A DNA stretch of 64,000 bases from a virus. The position numbers were made by a program, and so were the translations under genes. The stretch lies in the IMG/VR virus record IMGVR_UViG_3300025326_000029, positions 2,390 through 66,389 of that record. One strand, given 5' to 3'. Below the pieces are notes generated by a model. It was not told the origin of the DNA, searched no databases, and worked only from the letters and a program-made list of their open reading frames with translations. Below, in pieces: positions 46,601 to 54,742 of the stretch. Each line of letters opens with the position of its first letter. The stretch's first letter is position 1.

Positions 46601-49564
46601 GTGTCTCAGCAGACTGACGCCGCGCTCGCGGAAGCCGTCGATCCAATCTTCAACACTTTGAAGTGCAGATTTGATCTTGCCGCCAATACCAGGAATCCAG
46701 CCTAGTGCTCGCTCCAGTCCTTCAACGAGCCCGCGTATAGCAAGCAGCATTGCGTAGATACCAAGATTTACAATGCCAAGGAGATTTTTCCAGAGATTAT
46801 CCCAGAGCACTTGTATACTCTGAATAATATTTGAGACATATAACTTAAATCTATCCCAATGTAGAATTATCTGTTCGATTGCTATTGAAGCTGCAAGTAT
46901 TAATGCTCCCCAAGCAGTAGCAACAAGTGCTGCCCGCCAAGCAGCTTTAACTGCACTCGCAGCGCGTATATTAGCTATTTGAGCAGCAGCAGCTTGTGCT
47001 ACCATGATATTTCCTGTGCGAATTGCAGCAAACTGAATTTGCGTCAATGCAAGTATTGCTGCCGCTTGCATTTCTCTAAATGCAGTTACTGTTGCAATTT
47101 TAGTAGTAATAATTGAAGAAATTGCTTTAATTTTCAAAGCAATCCAAGCTACGCCTACTCCAATAAGAGCAGAAGTCATCGCATACGCCATTGCAACAAA
47201 AGCAGCTTTAACTATGACGCTTTGTTCTTTGATCCATTCATAGAAATTAGTAAAAATTTTGAACTTATCTTCCAAAAGCACCAAGAGCGCAATAAATGAA
47301 ACAAATGGATTTCTCTTAATAACGTTAAACAGACCAAAAAACAAGAAAGTTGCAAGTTCAATACCTTTACCAAGCAGGGCTATAGCGGCAGCCCACTGAA
47401 GCGTTTCATTGGCCCATTTATTAGCAAGGAAGAAACGAGAAACAGTAGTAACAACGTTTCCGATTAACCGTGCTGCTGTAATCAATGGAGGAATCATTAC
47501 AGAATTTAAGAATTCACCGAATGCTACAACTTCATCAGGCTTAAATAGTTCTCCTGCGGCTCTTCCAATATTTTCTAATGTATGAGCAAAAATAAGCGCT
47601 ACTTGCTCAGCGCCTCGGAAGAATTCTTGAACAGCTGGACCGTTTTCTCGAATACCTTTTGTCCAGCGTTCAAACGCATTAGTCAGTCGTTCTATTAAAT
47701 TAAGCCCTGTGCGAGCACCGGCGTTAACGATTGCATCAATAAGATGGAAGAAAGCAGCAAAAAGATTTAGCCAGCCATGAACATGCACGGCTGCTTCTCT
47801 GAAGAAAGAAGTTAGTTTTTCGCCATCTTTAGCAGCATCACGCCAACGAGCAGTAAGTCGTTCAAACCCCTGTAGCAAATCTCTAATTAACGGTCCTGCA
47901 GCTACAGAAATTCTCAGTAAGGATTCAGCAATATTTGCAAATGCTTGTGCTACAAGAGGAACATTGTTCGCTGCTTCTTTGATCAATTGCCCCCATAGAT
48001 CACGCATCGCCGGTGTCGTCAATGCATCGACAACAAGCTTGATTGAATTTGCTAGCGCTCGAGCTAAAGACTCAAGAGATCCGATTAAGCGTGTATCGTC
48101 GAGTAGCTTTTCGAACCGAAGCAATGCTCCTTCAAGCGCTCCGACGATAATGTCTGTGATGGGGCGCCAAACGCGTTGGAAGTGCGTTTGCACTCGATCA
48201 AGCGTCGCTACAAGAGAACGTTCTCGAGTGCTGAGATCAGCTAGCGTTCGTCTAAGGTTCTCTTGTACAGCATTCTGATTCTCGGCAGCACGAGCAACAT
48301 TTCGCATTGCTCCTTCCAGCTGCCTCTGTGCTGATGTCGCACTTCTCGTTGCCTGTGCGATTCGCCTATCCACTGCTTCCAGCCGTTCGCGAGCTGCTAG
48401 AACAGCGTCAGATTCACGGATTCCTCGCTTAGTCGCTTCAGAGAATTCGCCTGCTGCTCGTTGCGCTGCGCCTCGAAGCCTGCTAGCAGAGATATCAGCC
48501 TCGCCAACACCTAACTGCGCTTGAGCGATCTCAACGGAGCCTCCTTCACGCAGAGCACGATGAAGGCGCAACCGCGCTTCCGTCTGCGTGAGAGCCGCTC
48601 CTTCTGCAGCCATCTGAGCTTCTCGCTCGCTACGAGCCAGTTCTTCGAGCTGCCGACGTGCTTCCTCTCGCGCTGCAATAAGTCCTTCTTGCGCGCGAGT
48701 TTGTTCTTTCTGTGCATCACGCAGGCCATCAGCAGCAGCAACAACACCCTCTTGCGCGGAAGCCAAAGAATCAAGCGCATCGCGCTGACGTTCAGCTGCA
48801 TCTGCAGTATCATCCGCAGCTCGTTGCTGCGACTGCTGTAGCAAATCAAATGCTTTAGTGACAGACTGAATACGATGGAGAGCTGTACCAAGAATTCCGA
48901 CAACAGGAACTAGCTGACCCACGATTCCTACTCCGACACCGGCCAGAGCTTTAGCGGCGATAATCGCAGAGCTAGCTACGGCAGTAAGAGCGCCAGCGAT
49001 TCCAAGAAGCATCGTTGTAATCGGTTGTACGAGCAGCAATCCGAATGCAATGATAAGGTTGGCGATATTGCGAGAAAGGCCAAATGTCTCGCCGCGATTA
49101 TCTCTTAAAGCTCTACCAAGATTTCTATGTCGTCCGGTAACACTTGATACAATCCCCCCATGATCAGTCAATATTCGATTAGTACGTTGTAGTTCCGAGC
49201 GAAATCCACGCAATTCAGATGTTTGTTGTCTAATCGCTCGCAATGTTGCAATCTGACTAGACATTACTTCTTCATGACGCTCCGTTGCTGTAGCGCCAGT
49301 TACTCGTCCTCTAAATCTATCTAGCGCTTCACCGATGCTTTCAACATTGCCACGCAACTGGCGCACAGTTTCGTTAAATCTATCGAGTACAACTCGGTTG
49401 CGCTCGACATCTACATCGCTTCCTCGAAGACCATCACGAAACTCTTCGAGAGATGTATGAGCATCTTTAGCTCCTTCGCGTACCTTGCGTAACCCAGGAG
49501 CAAGTTTGCTGGAGAAAAGGTCAACGCCGCGGATAATGACCGATATAACGTGTTCGCGATTTAT
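40667..49564 (-). CDS. Tape measure protein with peptidase-like and lytic transglycosylase domains; frame open 66 codons upstream of the track GTG (49366)
   Basis: ~2,900 aa helical with TM segments; SQHWTGNAVD..HYDHLH; QESAW..GAVGLAQ..ALAAYN. Confidence 0.93.
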   Translation of the reverse strand: MNREHVISVIIRGVDLFSSKLAPGLRKVREGAKDAHTSLEEFRDGLRGSDVDVERNRVVLDRFNETVRQLRGNVESIGEALDRFRGRVTGATATERHEEVMSSQIATLRAIRQQTSELRGFRSELQRTNRILTDHGGIVSSVTGRHRNLGRALRDNRGETFGLSRNIANLIIAFGLLLVQPITTMLLGIAGALTAVASSAIIAAKALAGVGVGIVGQLVPVVGILGTALHRIQSVTKAFDLLQQSQQRAADDTADAAERQRDALDSLASAQEGVVAAADGLRDAQKEQTRAQEGLIAAREEARRQLEELARSEREAQMAAEGAALTQTEARLRLHRALREGGSVEIAQAQLGVGEADISASRLRGAAQRAAGEFSEATKRGIRESDAVLAARERLEAVDRRIAQATRSATSAQRQLEGAMRNVARAAENQNAVQENLRRTLADLSTRERSLVATLDRVQTHFQRVWRPITDIIVGALEGALLRFEKLLDDTRLIGSLESLARALANSIKLVVDALTTPAMRDLWGQLIKEAANNVPLVAQAFANIAESLLRISVAAGPLIRDLLQGFERLTARWRDAAKDGEKLTSFFREAAVHVHGWLNLFAAFFHLIDAIVNAGARTGLNLIERLTNAFERWTKGIRENGPAVQEFFRGAEQVALIFAHTLENIGRAAGELFKPDEVVAFGEFLNSVMIPPLITAARLIGNVVTTVSRFFLANKWANETLQWAAAIALLGKGIELATFLFFGLFNVIKRNPFVSFIALLVLLEDKFKIFTNFYEWIKEQSVIVKAAFVAMAYAMTSALIGVGVAWIALKIKAISSIITTKIATVTAFREMQAAAILALTQIQFAAIRTGNIMVAQAAAAQIANIRAASAVKAAWRAALVATAWGALILAASIAIEQIILHWDRFKLYVSNIIQSIQVLWDNLWKNLLGIVNLGIYAMLLAIRGLVEGLERALGWIPGIGGKIKSALQSVEDWIDGFRERGVSLLRHTGEEMASAWGDELSQMTQDAESYGMEAADAYGKTYHDRLIEWMRTTRAGADQEMAGAGASVDYGRAAIPPGGPGEERATQVRNWLQIPFLRFVATQDQQAVQIVDVTKKVSEFHSGQTRTFITALLKRIEAGEKLSSEERKILQETIGKISLAQAKPEQLDRLERALRKTAETGEVIATIRRGQGANVAEFVPGGPRVFLDTLIKTIKSGYAVGAAERKQITGVLGKTTDVTKLPEIAAHLPTTTLDRLERALRKTADEDSISFSLAMNRARIALDKQAEAAELYWKATLRQANQSTKAAELEKRFPRLSIAPSVDRAGVSTKDVTLAFAERIAEMVNQKLTIGTGTSHSKLVKGSNRVSQHWTGNAVDIPAEGEQLTLLGQTALVAAGMSPARARARKGGVFDVGEYQIIFNTQNHYDHLHVGVRDTATPAGGGAESSQVAVYRALAEKAATVRGIPPELFTALITQESAWDPRVMSKKGAVGLAQIHLPSHPNVTRKQAETPAFALDWGAEYLASLHKKFGRWDLALAAYNLGPNAVGKKVPQAARGYVQNILDLAGPLTTPMTTTPPLSSVSLPTGGGTALSTGGITQTAIGLRGVEELAPKRWSAVLEASIKGNKQAELKALRSVEGFLRRREEAAKGNVELLTELDRALEEVALRITSLTSDSKRTDDTSKTELQQLRAFETTLRQQVKKTTGEERTEYKRALDQVQAQIADLTGTGTSRREPDPSGGLATAKAIKEALEKRMTRLKVPERFEQFLDAPIEEFLSQLERLKPTALNFLGSLTNFFAVAEQRLADFWADLEVMRGELERKARIAGLQIKDIGVAARDILSGRRSIADVLSTLGKTTAKVLEQQSESLIAELRLLENEHNKTARLIEETQQKLTSKGLTQTAKTRLKSELETLTGELGKISDAILTNIDEQAKIASELFQEQITKITRSIDIREQAASLRLSIARIFNLPGTDLAAQASANEARLGILREKARQLLSLPGMGVFLRDFLTAAGLNISALGLAEGGRVDAKPGGTPKLLGEGGYAEYVITTDPAQRSRMKLLVGHMLAEMGDRETTTRLVSAKSSPVQLLGLAEGGRVAAAAPAPKERSRERLDVRSQRVTEKLLDLASRESLRSSEGARLRFVARELTRSSRVGSAWAMERFASKTAVELATVARRQERTGENETALELRKLSSEIRRVSETRQIVQTTGSGLPKLAEGGRVAPHVAAASTSRTERRSSETTRHVRSVAEGLAELVDSGALKTSEASRLRLVSREFLRSATSETVATRPGVLARLARTVGGQLTQLSKRISIGQHRRFADTSEIRKQRRISEQRDEAKRVRKDEFSGRDFLKLEKLSANVSATARELVVLSRQVAKPSGLASGERVSSKPGGIPYLLGEGGYSEYVLSTDPRQRNRTLNLMRRFMIETGQVGQISNIYQTGRRKFEDMFSVPSGASPAIPFVMPSPQEIAKGIAAAVTLPSGGGRGPSAAAAGGASWTPGTPTLDVSTATSVGAPTQEQAESAQNDIVAVLREIAELLRDQKDLQEAANQERIDTVTRAADREISLLSVSQQIAQLTGNTVEQIRLVGQKSETLIKQSQGLSELFSLPGLTEDQTAQLTLALKQIDSQILQNNREIRQLQLDQVNRQSQVDLRSVESDIRLAQINEDQTAQISALNDKMSILISQRDQLRIISGQDLGNELAQETAQQIKDLDVDIVSIVSEIRELGGSGAINKEAERSLRLNSIVFRIAELNQDQVGQITALNEKNTILVKQQTGLRELLESSRTQAERERLSDAIMQLDLDILENSKQLQALQGGQLQTFSSRAWQWFRQAVFTGMGGLLTQFQVPPQAETTQATESTSASALTKSTATSPVMLVVEGINDAMQTVGTSIDKFAETISSNIELISNNQFYLPGRSAVGAPANEMVGDMNLRTDMFIDQRYIPSSSDNTNINENLTLNITSPTEVADPVYLAKRIAFERKTRR

Positions 49565-49575
49565 TTTACTACCGC

Positions 49576-50064
49576 CTAAGTTTGATCGACGTCATTATCT
49601 CCACCATATGGCTTGGTGCGTAGAGCTTCTAGCTCTTCTTCGCTCAGTTTTTCATCAACTTCTGGCATATTAATTGCTGCAAGGAATGGATTATTCTCAT
49701 CTCTTTCTTCTTCGCGAACAGCTCCATAAAGAGTAGTTAGTGCTTCTTCGTAATGCTCATCAATGCGTCGCAACATCTCTCCGCGCAGATCTTTTTTAGA
49801 GGAATCATAATTTGGATTTGCATAAAGTCCTGTCACCATTGATTCGCGTCTAACATGCATCTCCTCTGCTACCTCTCTTCGAGAAAAAGCGGCATAAAAC
49901 GATTCGAAACGACGCCAATACCATGTAAGCAGATCCTCTACTGTCTCGCCATGCGAGGCTGAGTACGCTTCGAGCGCGTCGATCGCCGTGATTCTCGGTT
50001 TTCCTGTTGCGGAGTGATCCCTCTCACTCGCTCGATCATCGGTTGAATCCGTTCGACGAAAAAA
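49576..50064 (-). CDS. Tail assembly chaperone, -1 frameshift extension (lambda gpGT-like)
   Basis: -1 frame open from slippery T TTT TTC (50064-50058) through GGAAAAC (50004-49998) to stop at 49576. Confidence 0.75.
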   Translation of the reverse strand, partial: FFRRTDSTDDRASERDHSATGKPRITAIDALEAYSASHGETVEDLLTWYWRRFESFYAAFSRREVAEEMHVRRESMVTGLYANPNYDSSKKDLRGEMLRRIDEHYEEALTTLYGAVREEERDENNPFLAAINMPEVDEKLSEEELEALRTKPYGGDNDVDQT

Positions 50065-50534
50065 GTCTTCAACACATCCATATTCTGAGCTACGAATGTT
50101 TCTAAGACTGCGAATCCTTCGTCGTCAGAAAGACCGCCTTCATCTGGATGCAAATCAAGTAGATCAAAAAATAGCTGACGTTCATCTCGAGGAACGCCTA
50201 ATGCAAGTGCGTATAGTTCGCGGATAAGTTCAGGAGCATAAGTAAGTAAATGTCCTGCTACTCCTAAAACTCTATCAACATCGCTACTTGTCTCACCAGT
50301 GTTCTCTATCACGTCAAAGACATCGTCGAATGAAACACCTTCTTGTCGCGCTTTCACCATCATGCGTCCAAGTAGACCAACGAGTTCAAGCTTTCCCATA
50401 TAGCTAAGTGGGCGCTGACGGTATGTTCGTTGTAGTCCTGATGGACCAAGTAGAATCTCCCTAGTTTCAACTACGGGAGAAATGCTAGCCAGCGTTTCTG
50501 TAATATTCTTTACCGCTTCGCTGCCCTCAGTCAC
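49938..50534 (-). CDS. Tail assembly chaperone (gpG-like)
   Basis: Position upstream of TMP; slippery sites near the 3' end; AGGAG RBS. Confidence 0.8.
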   Translation of the reverse strand: MTEGSEAVKNITETLASISPVVETREILLGPSGLQRTYRQRPLSYMGKLELVGLLGRMMVKARQEGVSFDDVFDVIENTGETSSDVDRVLGVAGHLLTYAPELIRELYALALGVPRDERQLFFDLLDLHPDEGGLSDDEGFAVLETFVAQNMDVLKTFFVERIQPMIERVRGITPQQENRESRRSTRSKRTQPRMARQ

Positions 50535-50544
50535 GTTTCTCCTC

Positions 50545-51075
50545 TCAAAATACTCTTGGTATAAAGAAGAATTTTCTATCCAATTCTGCGCTCAGCATAC
50601 GTAATCGCGCTGGTACATAAGTACTGCCAACGACCATAATTGCTTCTCGCATAAATGGGTTTGGTTTCTGTCCACGAACCCAGCGCGCGTATACAACTTC
50701 TCCGCTTGGCTTCACGAATCTCAGCACGCCCCCAGGACGCGCAGGAAAGATTGGTGTTCTATGCGCTCCATAAATACCTGTGCCTTCGTGATGCCAGATC
50801 CCGTGACGAGGATGGCGCCGCAGCCCTACTCGCAACTCCCACGTAGATGGTCTTAACTTCGTGACTCGAGTCTCATCAATCCCGCGTTCAACAAGTGCTC
50901 CACTCCGTTTACCAGCTCGACGACGAGCTTCTTTTCGAACCTCATCGCCTATGTCTTCCAATGCTTTCCTAATCAGCAGACCACGTTCATACTCTCCTGT
51001 TCCACTCAGTTGTCTTCCGCCAACGCCGCGGCCGAAGAATGCTGTACCACCTATTTCAATAAAGTAATCTGGCAT
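50545..51075 (-). CDS. HK97 gp10-like neck / tail completion protein
   Basis: RSGAL, HEGTG, VRGQKPNPFM. Confidence 0.8.
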   Translation of the reverse strand: MPDYFIEIGGTAFFGRGVGGRQLSGTGEYERGLLIRKALEDIGDEVRKEARRRAGKRSGALVERGIDETRVTKLRPSTWELRVGLRRHPRHGIWHHEGTGIYGAHRTPIFPARPGGVLRFVKPSGEVVYARWVRGQKPNPFMREAIMVVGSTYVPARLRMLSAELDRKFFFIPRVF

Positions 51076-51088
51076 AACTATTTATTGC

Positions 51089-51123
51089 ATAAAGGGAGCG
51101 CCCGCCTTGTGGCGGACGCTCCC
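51089..51123 (-). terminator. Intrinsic terminator after the major tail gene
   Basis: GGGAGCGTCCGCC-ACAA-GGCGGGCGCTCCC-TTTAT (13-bp stem). Confidence 0.8.
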
Positions 51124-51132
51124 GGTCTTGCT

Positions 51133-51216
51133 GAGCCCTACCATCAAGGTAATCCTCCCGTCTGACTGCCTTTGCTAGTCTGCGGGGAGTGAGTGCGCCT
51201 TTAGCTGCACCCGCTC
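51133..51216 (-). ncRNA. Putative structured RNA (three hairpins in a multibranch arrangement)
   Basis: GGGTGC/GCACTC, CTCCC(C)G..GACT/AGTC..CGGGAG, TTACC/GGTAG, closed by GAGC/GCTC; no credible ORF. Confidence 0.5.
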
Positions 51217-51269
51217 TATATCGTTTAGTTTTTTGCGAAGAACAAATGCATTGTGGGTTCAGTTAAGTA

Positions 51270-51866
51270 CTAGTCCTGGTTGAAGATGACTCCCAACCGG
51301 TCTTTCTCGTCAGCGATTGACGAGTCAGCCAATGCACGGAAGCGCACAGGAATCGTCTGCTGATCACCAGTCTTCGCATACGTAATCGTTGATTCTTGCG
51401 CAGCTCGCTGCGCCTTCCTAAACACGAATGCACGCAGCTTGTTATTCGTTCGCTGATGAACAACAGCCATCATTCTCCGCGTATAGGTACGCGGTTGACC
51501 AAAGCCCATCCGTGACTCACCACCGCTGGTGGAAATCGTTCCACCCTCCCAGGCAACCTGGAACCTCGCTAGCGTCACTTCAGCAAGTGCAGTTGCAATC
51601 GAGGCTTCCCATGAAGTCGGCTGTGAATCAATTTCGCCGTAGAGCTGATCAACGTCGAAAACTTCTTCCGTATTGTTGACAGTGATTGCTACACCCGTCT
51701 TCGTTGCGCCAAGATCGTTCCAGTTTGTCATCGCGTTATAGTTAGACAAGTTGATGACCTGACTGATGTTGGACGGAAAGCTCACTGTCAGTGCAGCCCA
51801 TAGAAAGCGGGCGGCACCACGAATGAAGGTATCATCTGAGATATCTACTCGATGGAAATCAGGCAT
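51270..51866 (-). CDS. Major tail (tube) protein
   Basis: WNDLGATKTGV, VDQ, LAEVTL, IPVRFRAL; GAGGAGG RBS. Confidence 0.88.
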   Translation of the reverse strand: MPDFHRVDISDDTFIRGAARFLWAALTVSFPSNISQVINLSNYNAMTNWNDLGATKTGVAITVNNTEEVFDVDQLYGEIDSQPTSWEASIATALAEVTLARFQVAWEGGTISTSGGESRMGFGQPRTYTRRMMAVVHQRTNNKLRAFVFRKAQRAAQESTITYAKTGDQQTIPVRFRALADSSIADEKDRLGVIFNQD

Positions 51867-51927
51867 ACTCTTTACTCACCTCCTCTTTTACTCTCGCTTG
51901 TTAGCACAAATTTAGTCATACAACTTC

Positions 51928-52509
51928 TCAGAGTAATACTGGTTTATAGACCATATAACGAAGTCTAGCCCCTTGCCAGAACCACTCCGTTCCTACCCCC
52001 AGCTCTTCCGGCCTTGTAAAAACATCACTCAACTCAACTGTCGGCGTATTCACAATCCTAACCACTAAACCGTCTAAAGTGGCGCGTTCAGAGAGAACAC
52101 GGTGAATTGCTTCTAGTGTGCGCTGGGCTCTGCTGTTTACTTCTTCTTCGCTCGTGAGCGATTTGACCATAACTTCTACATCGAGATTAACTTCGAACTC
52201 ATTTATATGATCAGCATCACTATCTGCGAATGGCGCCGCTCTATAAGCAAATGCACAAGCATTTGGATAAAGATCAACGGAGGCTTCAACTAGTGAAGGA
52301 ATTCTTCCGTGATAGAAACTTCCGTCAGGAATTGGTTCGAGTTCGACTGAAAAGGCGGGAATTCCCATATCAGTTGCAAACTGTCCATCACGAACTGTCC
52401 ATTCAGCTTCAATGTCGGACAAAGCATCATTCAAATCCTGCTTTAAAACGACAATTGCTGCTCTACCAATTACTTCAAGCCCAAGTTCAGTACCGACTAG
52501 CATGGTCAT
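51928..52509 (-). CDS. Tail terminator-like protein
   Basis: Position upstream of major tail; YPNAC..., TLDGLV. Confidence 0.65.
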   Translation of the reverse strand: MTMLVGTELGLEVIGRAAIVVLKQDLNDALSDIEAEWTVRDGQFATDMGIPAFSVELEPIPDGSFYHGRIPSLVEASVDLYPNACAFAYRAAPFADSDADHINEFEVNLDVEVMVKSLTSEEEVNSRAQRTLEAIHRVLSERATLDGLVVRIVNTPTVELSDVFTRPEELGVGTEWFWQGARLRYMVYKPVLL

Positions 52510-52511
52510 CG

Positions 52512-53048
52512 CTAAGTTATCGATCCAATGACAGCGGTAGTTTCCACAACTTTATCATCGAACGGTCCGCCGAAGTCACGCGGGTCAGGAGTTATCTTAT
52601 CTCCTGAGCCAAAGCCGACGGCAGGCGTGATTCCTGTCAATCCACCTCTCATCACGAAGTCGTAAAGTCCGCGAAGTTCGATGAAATCGGCTTTTGTTTC
52701 TTCTGCGAGTCGTTTATAGAGTTCCCACAACTGCGCTCGTCTTTCAGGAAACATAACTCGCTCATTCCGTGTGCCTGTTTCAATATCGACGCTTATTCTC
52801 TGATTACCCCAAAAGTCGATTGCAGGCGGAATCAGTCGCATTGCTGTCAGCTTGCCCAAAAACTCCAATAACATCGGATCATATGAAGTCGCTTCTAAAG
52901 AAGCTGCTGGAGCTGTTGCAAACAGCCGAAACTTGACATAATCAGCATGAGCTTGAAACCCATCAACAGGGCCAAACGCAGTCGCCCTTAGCATGGCATC
53001 ATAGCTCGCTGGAATATATCTGCGGACTATGTCAAGTACGGCTCCCAA
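52512..53048 (-). CDS. Head-to-tail adaptor-like protein
   Basis: Position after capsid; helical, 178 aa. Confidence 0.55.
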   Translation of the reverse strand: MGAVLDIVRRYIPASYDAMLRATAFGPVDGFQAHADYVKFRLFATAPAASLEATSYDPMLLEFLGKLTAMRLIPPAIDFWGNQRISVDIETGTRNERVMFPERRAQLWELYKRLAEETKADFIELRGLYDFVMRGGLTGITPAVGFGSGDKITPDPRDFGGPFDDKVVETTAVIGSIT

Positions 53049-53054
53049 TTGTAC

Positions 53055-53201
53055 CTACTTCTTTGCCTCGTCTTTATTTAGCTTCTTGGGCTTGGGCGGC
53101 TCGGGCTGCCCTGCCCGCCGACCTGTTTCTCCAGCAACAGCTTCTGCTTCTGGAGTCAGATGACGCGCAGGACTTGATTCGTGCGCATCTCCTTCTGCCA
53201 T
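53055..53201 (-). CDS. 48-aa protein (not in ORF track)
   Basis: Own translation: MAEGDAHESSPARHLTPEAEAVAGETGRRAGQPEPPKPKKLNKDEAKK; AAGGAGG RBS, TAATG overlap. Confidence 0.6.
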   Translation of the reverse strand: MAEGDAHESSPARHLTPEAEAVAGETGRRAGQPEPPKPKKLNKDEAKK

Positions 53202-53653
53202 TATTCCTCCTTGTTCGCTTTCTTCTCGATTGCATTTGATAGTGCTTCCATGACCGTGATGCGCTGCTCATGTATTTCTTCGTGCGCTTTTGCTGCAGCT
53301 AGCTCAAGATCATCCCAGCTAGAGATTGCTTGCAAAATCTCAGCTGCCTTCATCAAATCATATTCAGGAGGTAGAAGCACTTCTCTCGAGATTCGTTCAT
53401 TTTGTTGCGCGATCTGATCAGCTTCCTGATCGGAAACCTTCTTGATCAAACTACGCACATGTGCATCACCTTTGTTATAAGCCTCTTTGTAAAAAGAAGC
53501 AATCAGCTGACCAGTGATAACAGTACCAGCTGCTCGAAACACATTACGCGTTTCTTCACGCCCATCATCAAACTGTTGCAATGGTTGAGGTAAATACGTA
53601 TCAATAAGTACTTGATAGTTATCCATCGTGTGTTCTTCTGTCGTCGTGCTCAT
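53201..53653 (-). CDS. Head-associated hypothetical protein (start MSTTTEE)
   Basis: ATGA overlap with the capsid stop; small helical C-terminal domain. Confidence 0.65.
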   Translation of the reverse strand: MSTTTEEHTMDNYQVLIDTYLPQPLQQFDDGREETRNVFRAAGTVITGQLIASFYKEAYNKGDAHVRSLIKKVSDQEADQIAQQNERISREVLLPPEYDLMKAAEILQAISSWDDLELAAAKAHEEIHEQRITVMEALSNAIEKKANKEE

Positions 53654-54723
53654 GCGATCTTTGCCCAAACGAATGTCTCCGGCATCAACAGCCGAGGAAT
53701 TCTGGCCGAGGCCAGCCGTAAGAAATGCGTCTTGCTCATATGATCAAGCATGACTTCAGCTTGCGTACCGACCCTTGTTGCAGTCGTGTTGTATCCAGTT
53801 GAAACAGTCACTGGACCATCCAGCGTTTCCGCAATCCGCTGTCCATCGAGCACGTAATCAGTAGTTAGGAGTACGTGATCTTCAGGCAGATAGCGCGTTA
53901 CCTGAGAAGCAGCTTCTCCAGTGACACCAACATCGCGATAGCCCTGATCGTAGATGACAACATCAACCTGCGCTGCGAAGCTCTGGAAGACCTCAAGAAT
54001 GAGCTGCTTAGTCGGACGCTTGGGATATGAACGCGGCTCGTTCCATGTAACTATTTCCTTGATCTTCGTATTGCGAATCAAATAATCCCAGACCTTGGAA
54101 CCCATGTGCAATCGCGTACCATAAAAACCGCTATCATCAGCGATCTTTTCTGACCACGCTTGAACATCGGCAACTGGATCAGCATTAGCAACATCCGACC
54201 AAAGAGTCGACGCTGTCGGCTGATGTCCTGCGGGGAGCCCATAATCAATATGAAGCTTGTCCCCAGTCGGATAAGTAATAACCAGAGCGCCAGAAAAAGC
54301 TGCCCAGCGCATCGCCTCTGTGAGACGCTCGTTGCGCAGCCGTGCAATCTCGCCTCTAATTACCAACTCGTTCCCGGACGACTTTCGCACATTCGGGTCG
54401 GAAGAGTTGAGCTTCCGCCAGTCTTCCTCGTCGATCTGCTCCATTTCGTCCAAAAGCACCAGCCCGATGATTTCTTCGCGCCACGTTAGCGCTGTCTTGA
54501 ACAGCGGCGGCGTAGCGGCCGGAGCACGGAACTGACCCTTACCGAATGCCTTGACATCAGCTACACGAAGCTTCGCCTGCATTTCCTGATGCGGCGTGAG
54601 CGGAGCGATTACATCACCCAGCCTAACACCGTCCCTTGTTTCCGTTTTTCGCTGAAGCGGCTTGGTGATTACATCAGTTAGGGTCGCTTGATCCCACAGG
54701 TCGAAGTCGATAATATTAGCCAC
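53650..54723 (-). CDS. Major capsid protein (lambda gpE-like family)
   Basis: E.MRW.AFSG, IDYGLP, WSD.ANADP..D, YLPEDHVLL; GGAGG RBS. Confidence 0.9.
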   Translation of the reverse strand: MANIIDFDLWDQATLTDVITKPLQRKTETRDGVRLGDVIAPLTPHQEMQAKLRVADVKAFGKGQFRAPAATPPLFKTALTWREEIIGLVLLDEMEQIDEEDWRKLNSSDPNVRKSSGNELVIRGEIARLRNERLTEAMRWAAFSGALVITYPTGDKLHIDYGLPAGHQPTASTLWSDVANADPVADVQAWSEKIADDSGFYGTRLHMGSKVWDYLIRNTKIKEIVTWNEPRSYPKRPTKQLILEVFQSFAAQVDVVIYDQGYRDVGVTGEAASQVTRYLPEDHVLLTTDYVLDGQRIAETLDGPVTVSTGYNTTATRVGTQAEVMLDHMSKTHFLRLASARIPRLLMPETFVWAKIA

Positions 54724-54742
54724 GGTTTACTCACCTCCTCCC

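Noticed and set aside
41897-48903. Many antisense or alternate-frame ORFs over the TMP and other long genes
   Set aside because: Shadow ORFs without RBS or recognisable motifs
51146-51160. AGGATTACC matching the MS2 operator core
   Set aside because: The lower stem does not pair well and the bases fit better in neighbouring hairpins; likely chance
51133-51216. tRNA, yybP-ykoY or other known riboswitch/ribozyme
   Set aside because: No T-loop/anticodon geometry; GCAAGACC is present but the matching 5' GGGGAGUA motif is not on the same strand
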